DNA of 63,718 nucleotides, filler included, from Reclinomonas americana ATCC 50394 (Eukaryota): NCBI GenBank assembly GCA_048213135.1. It is 8 parts of 4 records of this genome, joined end to end, with 100 filler letters (N's around TTAATTAATTAA, not from the genome) between each part and the next. Parts side by side here need not be neighbours in the genome. Positions count along the whole stretch, not along the records: positions 56,540 to 62,082 come from PS015142.1; positions 62,183 to 63,718 come from PS015143.1; 6 more parts are not named here. One strand, 5' to 3'. Shown piece by piece: positions 60,301 to 63,718 of this stretch (position 1 is its first letter; each line of letters starts with the position of its first letter). The notes under the pieces were generated by a model. It saw only the letters and a program-made list of their open reading frames with translations, ran no database searches and was not told where the DNA came from. The position numbers and the translations under genes were made by a program.

Positions 60301-62082
60301 CATCCGTTGCGTTGCCTTTTTCCCCCCTCGTATCTGGTTTTGGTGAGCCATGCCACTGAATCTGCCAACCGTGCAGTTACGAGAACAACATGGATCAAGA
60401 CTGGCAAGTGCACTTCCCCGGTGCGCAGTCCATCACTGTCACCTTCGATCCGCGGACGCGTACCGAGCCACGGTGAGAAGAGCATTTTCTTCTGATGAGT
60501 CATATTTCATCACTCTCATCTCGTGTGACTCGCCAGGCACGACTACTTGCAGGTATTCCGACAGGCCAATCGCGTCGACGAAGTGGGCACTCGCCGCTCT
60601 GGCCCCGGACCCGCCGGGTGGGAGCCAGTGACGGTGCAGGGTGACCGTGTGCACTTTTACTTCCACTCTGACGGATCGACTGTGGACTGGGGTTACGTGC
60701 CACCGTCATCATGTCTGGATAAGACCACTGGACTGACTCTCCGCACAACCAGGTTTCCACGCAACGGTGCGCGCCGAACTGGAGGCGACGCAGGTCGCTG
60801 GCACCGTTGACGCCACTGCTGCTGGCTGGACTGATGAAGTTCGAGGTTTGCTGGCATGCAACTATTGTTCTCTGCGTATACGGGAGTATTGAGAAAGATT
60901 GTCGCCTCTCTTGCAGTTGCCACGTGTGGCTTGGTGACGCGTCTGTGCGACGTAGCATCGCATGTGGCGGAGCTGGGCGATGCGCCGCAGCGCTTCCTGG
61001 ACGCACACATTAACTCGCTGCTGCCGGACCTGCAGTCGCGCGTGCAACTCATGTGCCGCAACCTCGACGAGATCGCCGCCGCACAGGAGCCCGGTGTCGG
61101 TGCGTCCCCATCACGACAATGATCATCTGTCCCCCAGATTTTCAACCTGTATGTGCTGCGCAGCCCCGCGTCGCCTGGCAGGCTCCGCCGCTGCGTTTGT
61201 TCGCGGCTGCATCAATGAATTGGAGCGCCCGGGAGTGGCAGAAAAGGCGGTCGACGAAGTGGCCATTGATACCCTGGAGGGCATGCTGCGAATTTTGCTG
61301 CGTAGTGCGGTGGAGTCGGAGCTGAGCACGCAGGAGGCATTGCTGGTTGCGTAGCTTGTCTCTTTTATTCGAGTGTGATTCATTTCTCTGCTCGCAATCT
61401 CAATCCCGTTCTCAGTACCAACGTGTGCTCGCTCGCTTCATTGCTGTGCTGAGCGGCCGTGCTGTCGGCAAGGAGAAGCGTGCCGACGACAGTGGTCGTC
61501 TCTTGGCCGTCNNNNNNNNNNNNNNNNNNNNNNNNNNNNNNNNNNNNNNNNNNNNNNNNNNNNNNNGAAGTGGCGTGCAACATGACCAGCAAGTCACACA
61601 ACGGTGGCAGCTGTCCAAAGGCCGACACAAACTGCTCCTCCGTGTCGCTGTGCGGTGGCAATGCAGACATAGCGGCAACTGCTTTCTCCACATGAATCAT
61701 GCTGCCGACCAGCTCTTCATTCGCCGCGATGAGCCGGCGCACGGTGGGCACCGCTTCGATGACGGCCGAGGCGAGACTGTCGATCAGCAGAGTTAGTGGC
61801 GAGAGAAATGAAGCTCCAGCAGTGGTTTTTTCGCAACTGGCTGGTGGTGGCGTCGAGGCCGCGCACGCGGAGCAACATCATGATGCCGGTGAGCGCAGGC
61901 AACGTGACGCGCAGAATGTACGAGTGCACGACTTCGGAGAGTGGCGACTGTGAACGGCGATGATGAGTACATCGATCAAGCAAGGGACGCTGCTTGTCAC
62001 GAATGCACACACACACCGTCGCACTCGTGCGCTCCTTGTGGGCCAGCACCTGGTGGAGATGCACAACGGCACGCTGCGCCAC
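57307..62082 (+). CDS. Large multi-exon protein with ZZ-like zinc fingers and a CUB-like domain (giant E3-ligase/ZZEF1-like architecture), partial
   Basis: HHHPLILEPGNRS|GWTCDCCLG..RYRCNLCDYDTCGDC (~57790-58160). A second finger, CNKC..RYRCDACDFDLCIKC, is on the flipped contig 58384-59304. VIETNHP..YENNMDQDWQVHFPGAQSITVTFDPRTRTE..HDYLQVF..VQGDRVHFYFHSDGSTVDWG (~60285-60692). No HECT or RING domain is visible in the window. Confidence 0.65.
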
Positions 62083-62311
62083 NNNNNNNNNNNNNNNNNN
62101 NNNNNNNNNNNNNNNNNNNNNNNNNNTTAATTAATTAANNNNNNNNNNNNNNNNNNNNNNNNNNNNNNNNNNNNNNNNNNNNGGCCCCGAGTGAATTGGC
62201 GGCGACTGCAGCAGCGACGGCGGCTGCTCCCTCGGGCGGCGGAACGATCTCGCCTGCGCTCTGGGGGAGCACACCATTCATGAACACGACGAGCGAAGAG
62301 AAGCCATTCAT

Positions 62312-63684
62312 TCATTGCTCACAGACCTCGCGGACAAGCCAATCCGCAATGTGCTCCCACACGGGTGCCGAGGCGGGGTGCGTCGTAAGGCCCATGTGCG
62401 ACGGGGCACTGGGAGGGACAAGAATGTGAATCCATGGTCATCGAAAAACACACTGCCGACGCCTGCTCACCGCTCCGCCACATGCTTCAAGTTCTCCGGC
62501 AAGTGTTCGTGGCCCGGTTCCAGCACCACCAGCGACACTTGGTCACGTCGCTCCTGCAGCAGCGGGTCGAGGAAGTGCAAACCGTAGCGGGTACTGATCA
62601 TGTCGTCGGGCTCGGTGAAGACAAACAGACACGGACAGGCGATGTGTCGCAGATTTGCGCGATAGCACTCCTCGCCAGCACCTGCGTCACACATCACATT
62701 AACTAAAATGGATGGCGGAACTGCACTTGGCGCGCTTCGCGCTCACCGTGTGCGCTGCCCCATCGATTGCGCTTCCAAAAGTCGGAAAACGCGCTGGCCA
62801 ACTCCGACTCCTCGTCAACCGACCCCAGACTGCGCAGCGACAAGACGAGGTGAGGGGGCGAGACCACTGTGAACCCTCTTCATGAGCAAACACTNNNNNN
62901 NNNNNNNNNNNNNNNNNNNNNNNNNNNNNNNNNNNNNNNNNNNNNNNNNNNNNNNNNNNNNNNNNNNNNNNNNNNNNNNNNNNNNNNNNNNNNNNNNNNN
63001 NNNNNNNNNNNNNNNNNNNNNNNNNNNNNNNNNNNNNNNNNNNNNNNNNNNNNNNNNNNNNNNNNNNNNNNNNNNNNNNNNNNNNNNNNNNNNNNNNNNN
63101 NNNNNNNNNNNNNNNNNNNNNNNNNNNNNNNNNNNNNNNNNNNNNNNNNNNNNNNNNNNNNNNNNNNNNNNNNNNNNNNNNNNNNNNNNNNNNNNNNNNN
63201 NNNNNNNAACCCCAACAGGCGAGCCGGCAGCCGTCGGAACAGCACCGACATGACACTCAGGAACTTGGCACGCAGAACCTGCTCGGCACGACGTCATGAG
63301 CCACGGCAACAAGTTCACGCGGACACGAGCCACTCACCCGGCTGATCCACTCGCGCCACGTCATGAGACCCGGCAGCCACACGCCAGTGGCCAAGGCCAC
63401 CAACGCATCCGGCTTGGCCTCCTCGTCGTCGCTCTGGCCGGCAAAACCGGCGTAGGCCAGCATCTGGTGCGAGAACAGACTGTGGCCCAGGAGGAAGACG
63501 GGCACACGTGGTCCGTCGGCAAAGCGCGCCGCCACCGTGCGCCGTGCGAAACGCACCAAAATCTCCACATCGGCAACACAATTGTCGTACGAGTACGGCC
63601 GATGATGGTCGTACTTGCACACACGGCAGTTGGACTCGTCGAAACTCAACTCATCTTGCGCCACCGCAATGCCGTCGCCATTGT
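62312..63684 (-). CDS. Alpha/beta-fold hydrolase (esterase-like), 5' partial
   Basis: YSYDNCVADV...PVFLLGHSLFSH nucleophile elbow; LPARLLG; LRHIACPCLFVFTEPDDMI (acid); PSHMGL...VWEHIADWL..* (His and terminal helix). Confidence 0.8.
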
Positions 63685-63718
63685 CTGTAGAACACTCGCG
63701 GATGAGGAGACGCGCACA

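Overview
This is a gappy draft assembly of an intron-rich microbial eukaryote, not a prokaryote. It has GT-AG introns full of (GA)n/(CA)n tracts, N gaps, artificial TTAATTAATTAA spacers, pyrosequencing-type TACG noise at contig ends, and at least two, probably three, small contigs placed backwards. Most entries in the ORF track are artefacts, so genes were rebuilt by joining exons by hand and checking splice phase. The centrepiece is a divergently oriented duplicated pair of NLR-like STAND genes (17469-22210 minus; 28270-34031 plus). Both read ubiquitin-like domain, HEPN-type domain with an intact RNxxxH motif, NACHT NTPase, pentapeptide repeats, then 13 or 14 WD40 repeats, i.e. a candidate RNase-effector immune receptor with a diversifying sensor. 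Also present: a TTL-family protein with FN3 and a probable membrane anchor that lacks key catalytic residues; a CCCH-type zinc finger plus H-Y-E PARP with a Cys-rich D-loop insert and a predicted 4-nt micro-exon; a DPRVDP ankyrin gene; an IQ-DH-PH-PH RhoGEF with a split PH domain; two other PH-domain genes; a TPR fragment; a large ZZ/CUB-like gene; an alpha/beta hydrolase; minisatellites; and an inverted pair of related repeat blocks at about 140-1015 and 4655-5135. All domain calls come from motif recognition by eye; no database search was run.
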